Below are positions 28,375 to 43,889 of a stretch of 64,000 nucleotides of DNA, in pieces. Source of the DNA: Trichoplax adhaerens (taxonomy: Eukaryota > Animalia > Placozoa). The DNA lies in contig NW_002060944.1 of assembly GCF_000150275.1 (NCBI RefSeq), forward strand, positions 9,675,544 to 9,739,543, in the 5' to 3' direction. The stretch's first letter is position 1. Every line of letters starts with the position of its first letter. Below the pieces are notes generated by a model. It was not told the DNA's origin. It ran no database searches and worked only from the letters and a program-made list of their open reading frames with translations. The position numbers and the translations under genes are program-made.

Positions 28375-30124
28375 CTTTCATGCAAAATCAAATATAGACC
28401 TCATTGGATCATCTATTCTACAATATCTGTTAACTGTGTTTTAAAGTATACAAGCTATTATATTTATTATACACCATAACTTGCAAATAGATGGCAATCT
28501 CCAAATGACTTTATGCAGATTTTCTGCTATACAGTAAAATAGAACATTTTCAATTGTCATTGACCAACCTCAGTCATTCTTTTGCTAACTGTTGTTTCTC
28601 TTTATTTTTTAAATTGGACATGATTATAGCCATGTTATCAGTGAGATAGTCGTATGAATTAATAAAATGTAATTTTGCCATCTTAAATCAATACTTTACA
28701 AATCCTCTATCTAGAGTCAACATTGCTTCAAATACGTAGTCTTAATCACGTTGCTTCACTGCTCTGGTTAGAGCTTTAATAAAGTAGCATATCTGAAAGT
28801 ATTACGTTAGGACATTATCATTCTTCTTTATATGATGCTAGACAGTATTACACTATAAATAGACATATAATTCATGGCATAGATTTCCCACTAAAATTGT
28901 AGAATCGCTAACAAATGGTATGCAACCATTTTAAACGCCGGTCTCCAATACAAATTCAATGCTACTACTTCAAAACGGTGAAGCTATAAATCTGCGATAT
29001 AGGACATACTTTAGACATGCAATCTTGTAGACAGACATACAGACTTATGTACGCCATAAAATAAAAAACAGGTAGTTCTGATTAAGGGCGAGTTTCCAAC
29101 ACTGCCCGTAACATTTCTTTTTATTTTCCAAGCAACTTCAGAGTTATGACAAGTAACATGATCATCCTACTTAAACAAGCCTGGCATAATATATTTGTAT
29201 TATTTATCAATGCCTTAAAAGCGAAAGGTAATTCTATATTTCTCAACGTCAACTAGTTCAGTTACTTTCTTCCACCTTAATAATATGATAAAAGTATATT
29301 TCAACACAACATACTGCCTATATGTAAAATGAAAACTATCAATACTGGTAATATTTGAATTAGAGCGTTATCATAATTGCACGTCTGATACTAGAATCAA
29401 CCATCACAGTACCTAAGACAGACGACAATTTTTTTCATCCTATTACAGCGTAGCAACAACTTCCATTTTACAAGATAGTGGATGATAGGAAATACATAAG
29501 CGCGTATGGTAGTTATTGACCGGATTGCATTTTATCTTCGACCCATTAGCAATCATTTTACTGTATGCCATATTAAGTGCTACATCAAGTTCATTAGTCG
29601 ATAAGTACAGAAAAAGTTTCCAATTGCGAGCATATTATATTTGAAAATAAAGGCAAAATTCAAGACTGTTTTCAGTATCATTAATAACTATCAATATCAA
29701 TTGCACTGTACAAAAGGTGAATGTACATTACGATGAGGTTATAAATCAGCATGATCAATTTTTTCATCGATTTAATTTACGTAAACTATCATGAAGATTG
29801 ATAACCTCTACAGCAACAGTTGATACTGCATTATAATTCTAGTGTTGCATTCCATTCCATCTTAAGAAGCAAAATTGAAGTCAGTATTGAAAACAAGAGG
29901 GAAGAAACGCTACCTCAAAATTGTATTTTGATCACCATTTGAGTATGCAATCATGCACAATTATTGTGATGAATGCATGTCATGTCATATTTGCATTAAT
30001 AGTAAGTAATAGATTAATTACAAAATGGTTTATAAAGGTAATGAATTGAATTGAAAATTTTGGATAACTAAATGTGTAATAAGCCATATCTTAAGATTGA
30101 CTAATCCATGTTAGGCCACCATTT

Positions 30125-33100
30125 CTATAGCTGATCGATCTGCCATTTACCCAAGATTGTATCTTTGATTGCTTCAACATATTGTGCAGGCATCCAATAG
30201 AGCCAATAAATAGATAATTCAGTTGGTCCTAATTGTAAACCCTACCACAATAAATCATGCTAGTGTGCTTAGCTTTCTAACTACGAAATCGAGAATTCAC
30301 ATTTTGAATAACACTATCTACCTTCGTAGATTTCAGCAATCAAATCAATAGCAGAAGGCAAAGGTGTTACTACTAACTACCGTACTAAACCGATTGTTCG
30401 CTACTATTTACCATGATGTGATAATCTTCATCGCCTTCAATTGGCTCCGACGTGACATTTCTGATGGAAGCTATCGGCACTTTTTCAGTATGCTCTATAG
30501 TGGCAATAAAAACTCTTTCAGTCAGCTATACTAATCATATATTGAAATGATTCAATAGAACAATTCATTCTTCAAAATTTTTATAACCAGTTACGAGTAA
30601 TTATAAATTCAGCATATGTATAATCGAATAGTTTTATAACTATAATACACGAGTACATGTATGCAGTACATAAGTAATACGTATCAAGTTCTTAGATTAG
30701 GATAATGGTTCAGTAGCATAATAACCTTTTGTCCCTATCCACAGTTGATTAATAAGCAATTTAAAAGTTAATCGAACTTTACTTCCATGTTTGTTATACA
30801 TTCCTGATATTGGTGTGGATGGTAATGGATCCTGTAAATGAAATCGGTATCACTGGCTCAGTCATTCTTTTATTGATATGTGTAGGATTATCATAGCAAT
30901 ATCGACAGTTGGCCCTCTATAACGATCTCATTACTGTATCAACATTTGCACAGCGTTTATACGATCACAAAATAATTATTTCATTGAATAGACAAGTATC
31001 CACTGTGACATACACTAGAGACACTAAGAAGTAAAGCTCTAGCCTCTGTGACATACGGACAAAAGTCGGTAAAATTAGCAAGGCACTACTATATGTTCAC
31101 TTTTTAATTTACGTAACATTATAGAATAAAATTTTAATTCATTAATATCTAAATAAGGAGTTAACGATCGGAACGTAATAGAACATTATGCATAGATTGC
31201 TATTTTAATTTATTACTGATATCTAAATAAAGCTCTTGACAATCAGAACGTTATAGAATATTATAGATTTCTATTTTAATTTATTAATGATGATATCTTA
31301 ATAAGGTAATTGATGATCAGAACGGTAGAGGTTCCTCTACCTGTTTACTCTCTATTTACAACCAGTTTATATTGTAAGTTAAATCGTCGTTTTACCACAA
31401 CATATTCACTAATGCGCCACTGTAGTACTTAGCAATAACAACTCAATATAGCGATTGAGTGATCTATTAACGACGTAAGCAAATTCTCTAGTTACTACAG
31501 CACAACATGCTCACTTTTGCACTATGATACTATTTGTTAACGATAACTCAATATGATAATTAATTAATGGAAGACTAAACGGCTACGCAAGTTAAATCGT
31601 TAGTCACCACAACATATTCACTTCCGTGCCATTATCGAATTCAGCCATGATAATTTAGTAAGACCACTGACGATCAGAACGCTAAAGCCTTTAACCAAAA
31701 CTAATGTGTAACTTACCCGCCTACGCTTATCACCAGGTGAGATACCTTCCGGCTTGCCTTTATCTAAAATTTTCTTATGTTGCTACAGTCACAAGGAAGG
31801 AAGAAAGGACAGAAAACTATAATTATAATTTGCACCAGTTAATCTGATTAACCAATACTTCAAGGTCTTAATCATAAATGTATAATGCGATAGTATGACT
31901 AACTCTTAAAAATATACCTTCTGCTTGCATAAAGGTTCTCTTTTTGGACCTGCAATGTAAAATAAAAAGACTAGGTTACGATCAAATTGTGCGATATGAA
32001 ATTGACCTAATATAGTTGTCGTTAACAGGATTTTGAAGAGTCAAATTACGCATCTGTGATTGTCATCAAATCTGACGTAATCAATTTCTATTGACGTTAT
32101 GAAGCACAAGTCAACCCTAATTAATGTATGCGAATTAAATCGAATAAATTGAATCCTGTAATATAATATATTGTAATATCATTGTCCACGTTAACATTCT
32201 ATTTCGTATCATGAGGCAGAAACTGAAGTTATGCGTTCTAGCTAAATGAATGAATATAAGTATTTATACAGTAAATAAAGAAAAAGCCATGCATAATCGG
32301 ATACGGTCAAGACTGACTTTGTCTGATATCATTCCTAGTCAACGACGGACAATAAGCGTTTTATAATATGCTCGATTTACAGGCGTTGAAAGGTAATCAT
32401 AAAATGTGTGTTTCAAGATCAATCATTCATTTCATTCATGAAACATTGAAGATTCAACGGTAACAAATCAGCAGATGGAATTCTTGCAGCAAAGACACGA
32501 TCACTTACTCACCCGTATGGCTAACTAAATCTTTGGGAGTCATAACCACAGGTTTTACGACATCGATGATATCATTCACAGTCGACCCAACCAGCATCAT
32601 TTTGCTGTTACGAGCCACTTTTAATTCGCGTAGTGTCTTGCTATCTTGTGTTAAACCTTTATACATTAACTTTTGCATAGTAGCAGGAATTTCTAAGATT
32701 CAAAAAATAAATTTAGACCTAAGTATTGTACAGCAGTACAGAGAAGGCAGACAATGCTGCAGTTTCGTGTCTGGGGCATGTCTGCATGTCTACATGGGCC
32801 TACTGTCTGTTGTTTGCCTTCAACGACATCATTATTACAATATTAAAGTAAATCACAATCGTTCATATGAAAGTAATATTAATCAATGTAGGTCAGCGTT
32901 AAGTACTGTTGGTGACGCAATGCAAAAGTACGATAGGCTATTATCCTACTAGCTTGCAGCTTCCGGTAATCATGTCACAATAATGTAGACAAAGATGGAC
33001 ACGTCTAAATTGCAAAAGTTCCAATATAGAAAAAGTAACGAATTGGGTATCTGAAAGGAAACATCCAATTCTGTCTGCTCCATCTTGTAATTCTACGATA

Positions 33101-33404
33101 TCACATCTATTTAGTATAATCATCAGAGTCATACCACTAGTTAACAACGTTATTCATTACCAGTTAATTTTTCCATGTGTTTCTTGACTTGGGCAATAGT
33201 TTGATCTAAATTAAATTCCACATCAAAAGTTTTCTTCTTCCATACAACACGAAAAGAAATCATTTCTTGACCAGCTGTGGCTTGATCTTTCAACTCTTGT
33301 ATACTCGCTAGCGTCGTTGGCGCATCATCGACTGCAGCACAAGCTCCTTCATTGCAATTACTTCCACCTCCTCCTGAACCATTACTCTCTTCCATCTTTT
33401 CCAT
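30125..33404 (-). CDS. UBFD1: Ubiquitin domain-containing protein UBFD1, 7 exons
   Basis: Exons 33404-33161, 32692-32513, 31949-31918, 31782-31717, 30831-30726, 30494-30412 and 30241-30125 join in frame. UBL domain (FRVVWKKK...PATMQKLMYKG), EPLCKQKQHKKILDKGKPE, and a C-terminus QLGPTE...YWLYWMPAQYVEAIKDTILGKWQ typical of UBFD1. Confidence 0.92.
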
Positions 33405-33754
33405 TTCGCTGTAGCGCAACAAAATGCTCCTACCTACTGAACGTCCTATTCCGATCGAGTCGACTTTTACCACAACAAATTGGACGGAAATTTCACCTCG
33501 CTTTTCTCCGCTATCGTCGATAGCACCAATCAATCAATCCTACCGTATCGGTAACGATTTCAGCTCAATTCTATGGCGGTCTCCCTGCACTAATACTCCG
33601 TCTAAAAGCCAATTGGAGGATGCCAAGAAGAGTGCAAGATCTCAGATTGCGACACCAACCAGAATTTAATTGAAAGATTCTTCTTCCTTCTAATAAGGCG
33701 AAAAGCTTTCAAGTGAGCATAACCGTTTTCTATTTGCCATATCATGATTTCAGC

Positions 33755-33866
33755 CGTACAGTACCGTACTATACCGTACTATACCGTACAGTACTGTACG
33801 GTAAGTGTACAGTACTGTATACTGTAGTGTACGAAACTGCTTACTGTACACGTACGTACAGTACTA
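33755..33866. repeat. (TACAG/TACCG/CTGTA)n low-complexity cluster upstream of UBFD1
   Basis: CCGTACAGTACCGTACTATACCGTACTATACCGTACAGTACTGTACGG... Confidence 0.85.
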
Positions 33867-35292
33867 GACAGACAGCGCCTACGATGGCTGCTAGGGTAAC
33901 ATTTTCTTTTGAATTAATTTATTAATAAGAATTTATAATTAGAATCACAAATGTAAATTAATAGAGATCACGTTCTGAAGTCTGCAGGAGTCCACTCTCC
34001 AGTAATTAATATCGCTGACGGCACCACCTCTTGTAATGTGTAACCATAATAGCAGAAAGGTTAATACTGTAATGGGTATCTCAAGGTGATATAGGAAATA
34101 CTCGCATTTCCAATATTGATGTGACACATACATACAGCATAGTACTATATGTACAGTATTATTTATTCGTACCCTTCTCATATGATCAGTAATGACTACA
34201 TATGGAATTATGCAATATGCATGCTCTGCAGCGAGTAGCAGAACAATTTATTCATGGACGATTCACCGGTAAAATGACAGCAATTTATTACCATTACTAT
34301 TAGAATTGAAACAAATGAGTTTCCATTATATTATTCGTCTAATCCTTAGCTTATTCCTCGCTCCATGTCACATCTTCCATTAATTTAAATTTATAGTACG
34401 AATATATCGACAATGGAATTGATTGGCGAGAAATTAGAATTTCAGAAATGATATCGGCGCATTCCATTTTCATCCTGTATGTTGATATGTAACTTACACA
34501 CTAAGAATTGAATAATTTGGACGCACTTGCACTTCATACGTGCATGTCAAATCAATTTATTCTAAAGCACTGGCATGGACTTCTAAATTTTTCTGCAAAA
34601 ATTGAATCAGTCCATAGTACTGGATTGAGATGAATATCGCCTATCGTGCAAACTTTGCAGCGCCCATCGATTGATCTCGATACACTTCAAAAGCAGCACC
34701 GTATAATTAGCGAAACACAACTAAACCAGTTATAAGGATCATTCGTATTTATTTTTATGTTGTATGAAACAATACCATACACATGAAAATACCAAAATTA
34801 GAAATTTGTAATTGGGCCAAGTTATATGATCAAATGAATACCTGTAAAATTTACAGAACATCCAGATCGGGTCGAGATTTCGCATTATTGGTGCATTGAT
34901 ATACATTACCGCAACTTTGTAGTGTAAAATAAAAACTGTTATATAAAAAATTTGGTATGATATAAAAATAAGAATATCTAATTTCTTCCATCACATTGCA
35001 CATACATCAGGCATCCAACCATTAATAGCTTTCACATACGTACATTCCCTTACTACTTGTGAAAAGAATTTTGTCTTATCCAATCTACTGTACAAATAGC
35101 ATCAACAAGTCTTTAAAATTAATGTTGTTGAATCATTTTGTTACTAAATTCCAATTTCGTATAATACAACTAAGACATATATAATATTTAACGTAAAGCA
35201 AGCAATCTAAGCCATTAACATGATAATATAATGACATGATAAAGTTACAGTAACAGAAACACACTCACTGTACAATGAGCGGTATTTATTGC

Positions 35293-38200
35293 TTATGCTA
35301 TAGGTGCGTCATCAAGTGGTGGCATTTGTTGACGCTGAGTGCCAGCAAAATTTAAAAAAACATCTTCTAAGGTAGTTTGGCCAACGGAGTAATCCTCTAA
35401 ATTGAAGGTTCGTTTAGCTTCTTCCATAATCGAGAACACCTTTGCCCACGATACTCTAGCATCAGATACATAGTAATGAATCAATCCATGATGCTGATCC
35501 TTTATCACGGCATTAGGAAAGTTTTCTTCGATATAGGCTTGAAGACGATTCATAATTTGCTCTTGATCGTGTATAGAATTCGGTTTGTCTCTCCCAACTT
35601 TCGCAATAACTGTATAACCTTGTCCAAATTTGCTCTTTAAATGTTGAGGACTGCCTAAACACTTAAATTTGCCATTAACCATTATAGCTAATCTTGTACA
35701 CAGGGCTTCACATTCTTCCATACTGAAAAATATTTTTGGTCATAAAAATAACATTACTTATTCCTTTCTGCATGATTCATCAAATAGTCTGCAATGCAAT
35801 CTATGCAAATTTGTAGCTAAAGTAATAAGAGGGTATTTCTTACCTATGTGATGTAATGACTATACAACGATTCTCTGCTCTAATTTTGCTAAGAACGTTC
35901 CATAAAAATCGGCGAGCAACCGGGTCCATACCAGTAGTGGGTTCATCTAAAAATATGACCGGTGGATTGCCAACTAAAGCAATTCCTGTGCAAAGCTTAC
36001 GCTTATTTCCGCCGCTAAAGTAGTAGTTAAAAAGAGGTTAATGTTTAAAATTATAGATACCTTAATACTTAAATTTAAATGCATATATTATAATAATATC
36101 ATTTATTTAATTTTTTTTACCTATATGTCCCGCAAAGTCTATCCGCGTATTCTTTCAGGCTTAATTGTGAAATAATTTTTTCTACAACCTGCCGTAACCT
36201 GCTTTCAGGTACCCCTCGCAATCGGGCAAACATTGATAATAGCTCCCTGCCAGTCATCAATTCTATTAATGCATCAAACTGAGGGCAATAACCCATTTGC
36301 TGTCGCGCCTATTAGCCAAGTTATAAAGTAATATAATAAAAATTGAAAGTCAGCTTGTTAATCCAGGCGTTTCTAGAATATTATTTCATGTACCTGTCTT
36401 AATTGAGTCTTAATGTTAAATCCACTCATCACAGCAGTACCGGACGTTATTGATTCATCACCAGTTAACATTTTAAATGTCGTAGTTTTACCAGCTCCAT
36501 TTACTCCAAGTAATCCAAAGCACTCTCCCAAAGATATGCCGATAGATAAGTTATTGACAGCTGTAAAAGGTTGAGAGCCGCAAGATTTATACTCCTTGGT
36601 AAGCCCGCTAAACAACACAACATCTCCACTATTGTTCCCGTAGCCTCTTTGTACTTGAGCAGTAGCAGAATTACTTGCTTCATTGACATCAACATCTTCT
36701 TCTTCGTCAACACTATAAGTGGTAATAAAGAATTGAAACTTTATCATCTACCACATATGATTTGATATATCTTAGCTACGATACATGCATAGTCTAATGA
36801 TGCAAACATATCTACATTTTGGCATATATCTATCAATCACCTTTCATCTTGTCCTTTGCCGGAACAAATTAAAGAATCATATATCCTTCCAAGGATCCCA
36901 TATTCTAATAAAAATAGTATTACGAGCAGTACTACACCTTCAATGGCCATGAAAACGGCAAAACGTCCAATACCCGGATCTTCCCATGACAGATAATTCG
37001 TTTGATATTTAACTTTTAGAGCTTTGCAACCAAGCTTAGTTAATTCATTTTTCATGCAAGTAGTAATTGTGATATAATTTACAAACATATCACTTAAACT
37101 TTGCCCTAGACAATAATTCGGTAGTACCAAGAAACCCCATTTCAAACCATTTGCTGTCGCCATTTGATTTAGTTGTGGGATACTGTATGAGCAAAGCATT
37201 TCTAGAATTAGTCTATAATTTTGTTAATAAAATAAGATAATAACTTAAAATACCTAAATATGTTGACCGTTATTAGAGTAACTAATCCAGTAATAATGTT
37301 GAACATAGTTGTGACGACAAAGCCAGTTGCTGAATTAACGAATAAGAAGGAAAATAGGTACATCAACGGAATAATAGCCCATCCATAGAGGAAAAGGATT
37401 AGGATTACAATTCCTAAGCGATTATCGTCCACGTATGCTTGCGTGTCAAAAGCTGCAAAAACTACCAAAAGTGCCAAACAAGGGACTAAAAAAATTATGA
37501 AAAAGAAAAATGTAAGTAATTTTATAGCGTTATCTGTATTGAACTACCACTGCAACTTATCTAATTCAGTTTAAATTCTAAGCCATAACAAAATATTTTA
37601 AAAGCAAAACAAACTAACTCATATAGTTAAATAGATCCCACACAAACGAAGACAACCAGAAGCATAATGGGTCGACACCACTCACAAACTGGACATGCTT
37701 AGCTTTACTGGATCTTTCCTTTATGAGGAAAATGACAAAGCTTGAAGCTAAAAATGACATGCCGAACATCAAGTTAAACGCTATATTGAATCCGAGGGCA
37801 TACCTAGAAATATAGAACTGCAGTTAGTTGCATAGTAGCTAGCACGTACACGTAATTAAGTGAGTATCTTATTAAAGCCAAATAATAATAGCAAAAAATT
37901 CGTAAATCCCATTTTCATCGATCCATACTTTTTTATGTTGGTTAACGTTTCACTTCCGGAAGGTGGAAGAGGATAGTTTGTAGTCGTTATAGTATATCTT
38001 TCATTGGTTGTGTTAAATCCGTAAGCAAGTATACAATTTGTAAGATAATTCACTGTTACACCAATAGAATGGAAGGCTTGATTGTTGAACCATAATTTAA
38101 TGGCAACTCTATCTGATTGCGATTTTACGTTGTGAAATTCTGCACCAATCATGTACCGAGAGTTGAACGCTACCGTCACAACATTAACACATACGTTAAT

Positions 38201-41200
38201 TATTTGTTAATAATGATCAATGCGAAATGAATAATTATTTACGCAATACAACAATATATTCTACAGTGATTTATTTAAGCTATACTCGTACATCAATGAT
38301 CGCACTTCAACGTATTCGATACTGTAAGGATATACTAACCTCCTATGTCTTGCATGCTCTTTTCTAAAGCGAATTTTGTCATGTTTCCATTCATTGTTCC
38401 ATTAAATCGCATAATATTAACTGGGTAAGTAGAGGTATCATTAAACTGATTTGAGTAGGCCTCACTTAGTCGATAAGCTAAAGTATTTGGGTTATCGTCG
38501 TAGGCAAAGGGTGCGTAATTCTTACCAAACTGATCGGTTACGAGAGACAAAGGAGGTGATCCTCCATTATATGGGATTGTTTTGATAACAATGAGGGCAA
38601 TCATTGTAAAAATTATGGGCACCAGAAGTTGTGAAATTATTGACCATTTGTAACGCTTGGAATGCAACATTCGCTTTGTTAGCATGGCACAAAACTGTTG
38701 ATACCATAGCTTATACTTTGAATTTGTAATACCAACGGAATTGGATGTAAATTCAAGATTGTATCCAAGTTCAGGATTGGAGTCAGTAATCAATGGTTTA
38801 TTAATAGAAGCATCCTTTACATCTTCTCTTCCACAATCATTACTATCTTGTGAAAACCTTTCTTCCTCACCTTGGTGGGAATAATACTTTTCGACAATAT
38901 CGTTTACTTTAAGAAACACTTCTTCCATAGTAGTAACTGACGCTCCAAAACTAGAAATTCCAAGTTCAGTCTGATGCTCTTCAAGTTCACAAAATAATAA
39001 CTCAAATTTATTAGAACCACTACTTGGTAAAATAAACGAAAGCTCAGATCCGACGTTATTTTCTAATGTTGCTCCATCGATACTTTTCGTAACTCTTTCA
39101 ATAATTTCGTTGACTTTGCAAGTAGCACTTTTTACAATAGTCATGTGGTAACCAATACCGTACTTTTTCTTCAAAAATAGTGAACTACCACAACATATTA
39201 CTTTGCCTTTTCCCATAATCGCTATACGATCACCAAGTAGATCAGCTTCATCCATAAAATGTGTTGTTAACAAAATTGTTCGATTGGCTTTTTCACGTTG
39301 TAAAAGATCCCAAGTAAATCGACGAGCGGATGGATCCATACCTGAGGTCGGTTCATCAAGGAGAACAACCTAATCGTAATTTAAGCAAAGATCATTATTT
39401 TAAGAGATCATTTATAAAATCCTATCCGCTCAATTTAATCTACAGTCGCTTTACTAAACTTTTGAATATTTAATATTGAATTGATTATTATTGATGCTAC
39501 CTTTGAATCCCCAATTAGTGCGATACCAACAGATAATTTTCTCTTCATTCCACCAGATAAAGAGGAAGAAAAAGTGTATTTTTTATCACCTAATCCAACA
39601 GCTTCAATAATTCTATCTATTTCGGCGTTAATTCTGTCTTTTGGACAGCCTTGATTCATAAATATCCAATGAAATATAAGCAAATCATGTGCTATAAACT
39701 ATCATTTCGCTATCATAATGGTATCATAGTTACTCTTACCTTTCAATTTGGCAAAGAACCGTAAATGTTCCTCTACAGTAAGCGTATCAAATAGGATATC
39801 GTGCTGTGGACAAAGTCCTAAACTATTTCTAACCCTGTCAATATCGCAACATATATCATGTCCATTAACCAGTGCTGACCCTGTAGTAGGAGGAAACATA
39901 CCACAGAGCATTGACATTAAACTTGTTTTACCAGCACCATTATGACCAAGTAACACAGTGATTTGGCCGCTGTACATATTTACGCTAACATCGTTGACAG
40001 CTACTTTCTCCTCCGACGATTTACCACAATACTTATTACGATTAAATACTTTAAAAATGTTACGAACACTAATACCAGGTTGTAGATCTGTTGGCTCTTT
40101 CTCAAAATGTGAATATTGAGAAATTGAAGGCGAATTACTTAGTAATCGTATTCTTTCTTCGTCAAACTCTATTGGGGTTACACCGAACCAATAACTGCGG
40201 GTAAAAGGGAAATACCATTGCTGGGGTACGCCAAATTCTCCAGGAAAGATTGCTTCAATATAAAAGGCTAATAAGCCATATATGAAAGCATCAAGTAATA
40301 GCATGCCAACAATTGATGCTAAAGATAGAGAATCATCAACTGAGACGGGGTGAAAGAAATTCGACCATTGCGCACCAACACCCTGTCCTTCTAATTTGCC
40401 TATAACCGTAGCTCCTAAAGCCATACCAACATTGGAAAGAAGAGAAGCTCCAAGCTTTTGATTTATGCTGTACGAACTATAGTAAAACGTAATGAAGAAG
40501 AACGGTACATAATTTAAAAACCATAAGATTCCACCAGCTGCAGCCGCGATGTTGGAGCGATAGAAGAATACACTCACTAAGAAACACCACATAATACTTG
40601 TACAACTATACACCATTAGAAATAGGTACAAGACAATCGGATTTGTATTATCCAAAATTCTGCCATTGGAAGTAATATTGGTACATAAAAAGAAAGTAAT
40701 AATCCCCATTGAGATTAAGAAAAAGACAAAGTACTGAACGAACCATGACAACCAATGCAGCCAATTACTTAAACCCATAATTTTCATCGATTCCTGTAGG
40801 AATAATAATCAAGAAGTCAATCTAAAAATGTAGGCAATACTTGATATTCTAAAGATATTTCTGGTGCTAAATTGAACTAGCAATTTCAGCTGGTATTAAA
40901 CATTAGAAATATCAACTAGAGTAAGGAGATGGTGTAAAGGTGTGTCTGTTAATAAATCATTTTAAATTTACAATAACAGTTAGATACCTTGATTTATTTC
41001 AGTTTCAAATTTAAGCAGATACAAAATACTTTCATTGTTGCATGCAGTGCTATCAACTAAATGCCAAAATTTACCTTGCTTAAGTGATAAACAGGTCTGT
41101 ATATTGAGCTAACTAAATTCCGATGAACATACCGCGTTTAATATTGCCGTGTATCATTAGGTATTTTTTATCATGTGCGTATGTTATTTATTATTAGTAA

Positions 41201-42954
41201 TGATGTACATATATCGCGTATATAGTGAAAATCAAATATGAATATACCTTAACAAATACTATTACTGTTCATTGGCCTGATTGATACGTAATTATACATC
41301 CGACAAACTGATCGTTAATAATGTAGATTTATAAGTATAAGCTTTCAAGCCTTGATACTCTTTCTAAAATACAAACTATCATTTTAAATGTTAAACCTAA
41401 AGATCAGTTATCGGTACGCTAAAGGAAAGGTAGATCTATGACAGTACGAAATAATAATAATTTAACTGATTTGTAAACTTTAAAGTCTTCTGCATAGTGC
41501 ATTATAATTACTCTAGTAAAAATATAAAAAAAAATAGAGAAGAAACGAGATTTGCTCAATATTAAATCAAAACTAAATCAAAATATAAGTCAGACAGTAA
41601 CAAGTAGTAAGACATCATGCTGTGAAGATTAAGTAAGAATTTTAATAGTAAGATGAAGTTTTTTATTGTTAGTCATATTTATTGACTTTATGTGCATATT
41701 TATTACCGTAAGAACTAGTCAGTTAACTGGACTGAACTGTAAGCTGAGCAAAATTTTTTATTGGCCATAATTGTAGCTAAAGTAATCAATTCTATTGATA
41801 ATTATGACATCATTACTCTTGCAAGTTACTACCTAAAAAGTCATGACCTGCAAGATATTAATAGACTAGAAATTTCATTTCTATTTACGATATCAAATAC
41901 GTGTGTGCCTTTAAGATTGCTATGATACTACGTGTATTGGAACGATGTTTACTACTGTAATTAAAGAATATAACAATAAAACAGATCATTGCAAGGAAAT
42001 ATATACAATATAACAAATAATCACCGGTATTGAACCTTGATGGCTATGTATCATCTTACAATGGCTGCTTTCATGATACGTACAATAATAATAACATACC
42101 TTAAGTTTTCGCTCTTTCTCAAAGACAACACTTTTGACTATACTCAACGCAGTGACCACCATTGACATCATGAGCAGTAATGGAAAGACATTTTGAATAA
42201 TGTAAATGAATTTATCATCTAAATAAGATGGATAAGGAAACCGTTGCATTTCTAAATCAACAGATGGCGGTTCAGCAAGATCGTAGAGATGAGCGATAAT
42301 AGCTCGATCGATTGCCCATTGCAATGCTAGAAATCCTTCACGATAGTAACCAGGTGATCCACCAGTAGTATCATGGCGTTCGCGCGGTCCTTTAATCTGA
42401 AAAATGGGAAATGTATATTTGGTTTCCCAAGTTTGGCTCGCTCCAATTAGGGATGCATCTTGTGCATCATGTCGGGGTATATAATCCAATCGGATGGAGT
42501 AATTAATTTGACTATCGAACTGGCTGCCATTAACATGGAATACCACACCACCGATATAGGGCGAAAATGACTGACCTAATTGGGTTTCTTTTGATATTAA
42601 AAAATTGACCATATCTTCTTCATTGGCAAATCCATCTACTCTCTGTAATCCATCTAAAAGGCGTTGGGCTCGTTTCATGACACCCACTACTGCTGCACTT
42701 GTGTTGGGACAAAAGGCCATGTATTTACCATTATGCTCCAAAACTAACTCACTGGGCAAGCTGTGAATGGTAAATGATCTAGGCTCATAGACCGGTACCA
42801 TCTTGCCCTTTAAATCGCCATCCGTCCGAACTAATAATAGCACAATTACAAAGAGGACTGTCAAGAATACTTCGAAGAGTACAGTTAGCCAAGAGCGTCG
42901 AAGTAAAGTGAAATTTTTCCATAATAGCAAAAGGAATTGGCGGCCTTTAGCCAT
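35293..42954 (-). CDS. ABCA3: ABC subfamily A full transporter (ABCA3-like), 12 coding exons
   Basis: N-terminal [13 protein letters not shown]1 has [17 protein letters not shown] and DEPTSGMD; NBD2 has [17 protein letters not shown] and DEPTTGMD. C-terminal [14 protein letters not shown]. Approximate exons: 42954-42100, 40793-39740, 39649-39501, 39369-38340, 38169-37929, 37803-37619, 37485-37254, 37182-36841, 36712-36394, 36308-36121, 36014-35844, 35722-35293. Confidence 0.92.
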
Positions 42955-43889
42955 GGCAGACGTTTCCTTATTATCCTAATCAACACAATCAATGGGGTCG
43001 TCCTTTAGTCTTTCGTAATAATTCGCAAGATACCATTCGATATTTGCTAATTGTACAGTATATTGATAAAATAGTGCATTTTACCTGTATACACGTCTAC
43101 TCTTTTACAGCCAATATTCAAATTAGGCAAATAGTGCAATACCGACTGGATGATAATGTTCAACCACCGATTTACAACGACTCAATGTTGGTAGTGAATA
43201 TTCAATGAAATTTCCTGCCTAGAATAGGAGAAAATAATGTTCTCTTTACCGCCGGCATTGATGCAATTGAAGATGCTATGTCAAACTTAGCCGTAAAACT
43301 AGTGGTACTATGCATTTGATTGTTGAATTGTAAACAGGCAATTTGCTCCATCTATTACAGGATAACACTATCATTATGATTGCTATACGAAGAAGTCAGT
43401 CCGTTTTTTTACTTTATTATCCACAACCTATTAAGAAGGCTTTTCAAAAAAAACTGCTAGTGTACAGTACAGTATTTGACAAAACAATATTTTCCAGTGA
43501 ATTGGGTCAGTGAAAAAGAAAGTCCATTGTAAAATAGGACATGGCCAATCAAGGCGATATGGAACGTTGAAAGGGAATTGAATCAATTGAATCACTAACG
43601 ATCAATTCATTTGACTTCCACCATATCTACCCAATTCGTTGTATCTCAGCTTACCTGGTCGACTTTGACTGCTGGAAATCATTCAAAGAGTTTATCCATG
43701 AGTTTTTCCACTACTTTTTTCCTCTTCTCCTTCTTCAGGCTGTCACTCTTTGTGGGAAAGCTCTCAACACTGACGGTTGACCTCTTCATTTGTTGCAGTA
43801 CGTAATTTGTGTAATTGACTCCTCCTGGTGTCGCTTTAATAGGAGACTTTTGCAACCGTTAGTCCGACCAATTGATTGTCTATAATAGA

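Noticed and set aside
32533-33669. Plus-strand ORFs (139, 68, 81 aa) and similar antisense ORFs over ABCA3, CEP112 and the ODC-like gene
   Set aside because: They are antisense shadows of real exons.
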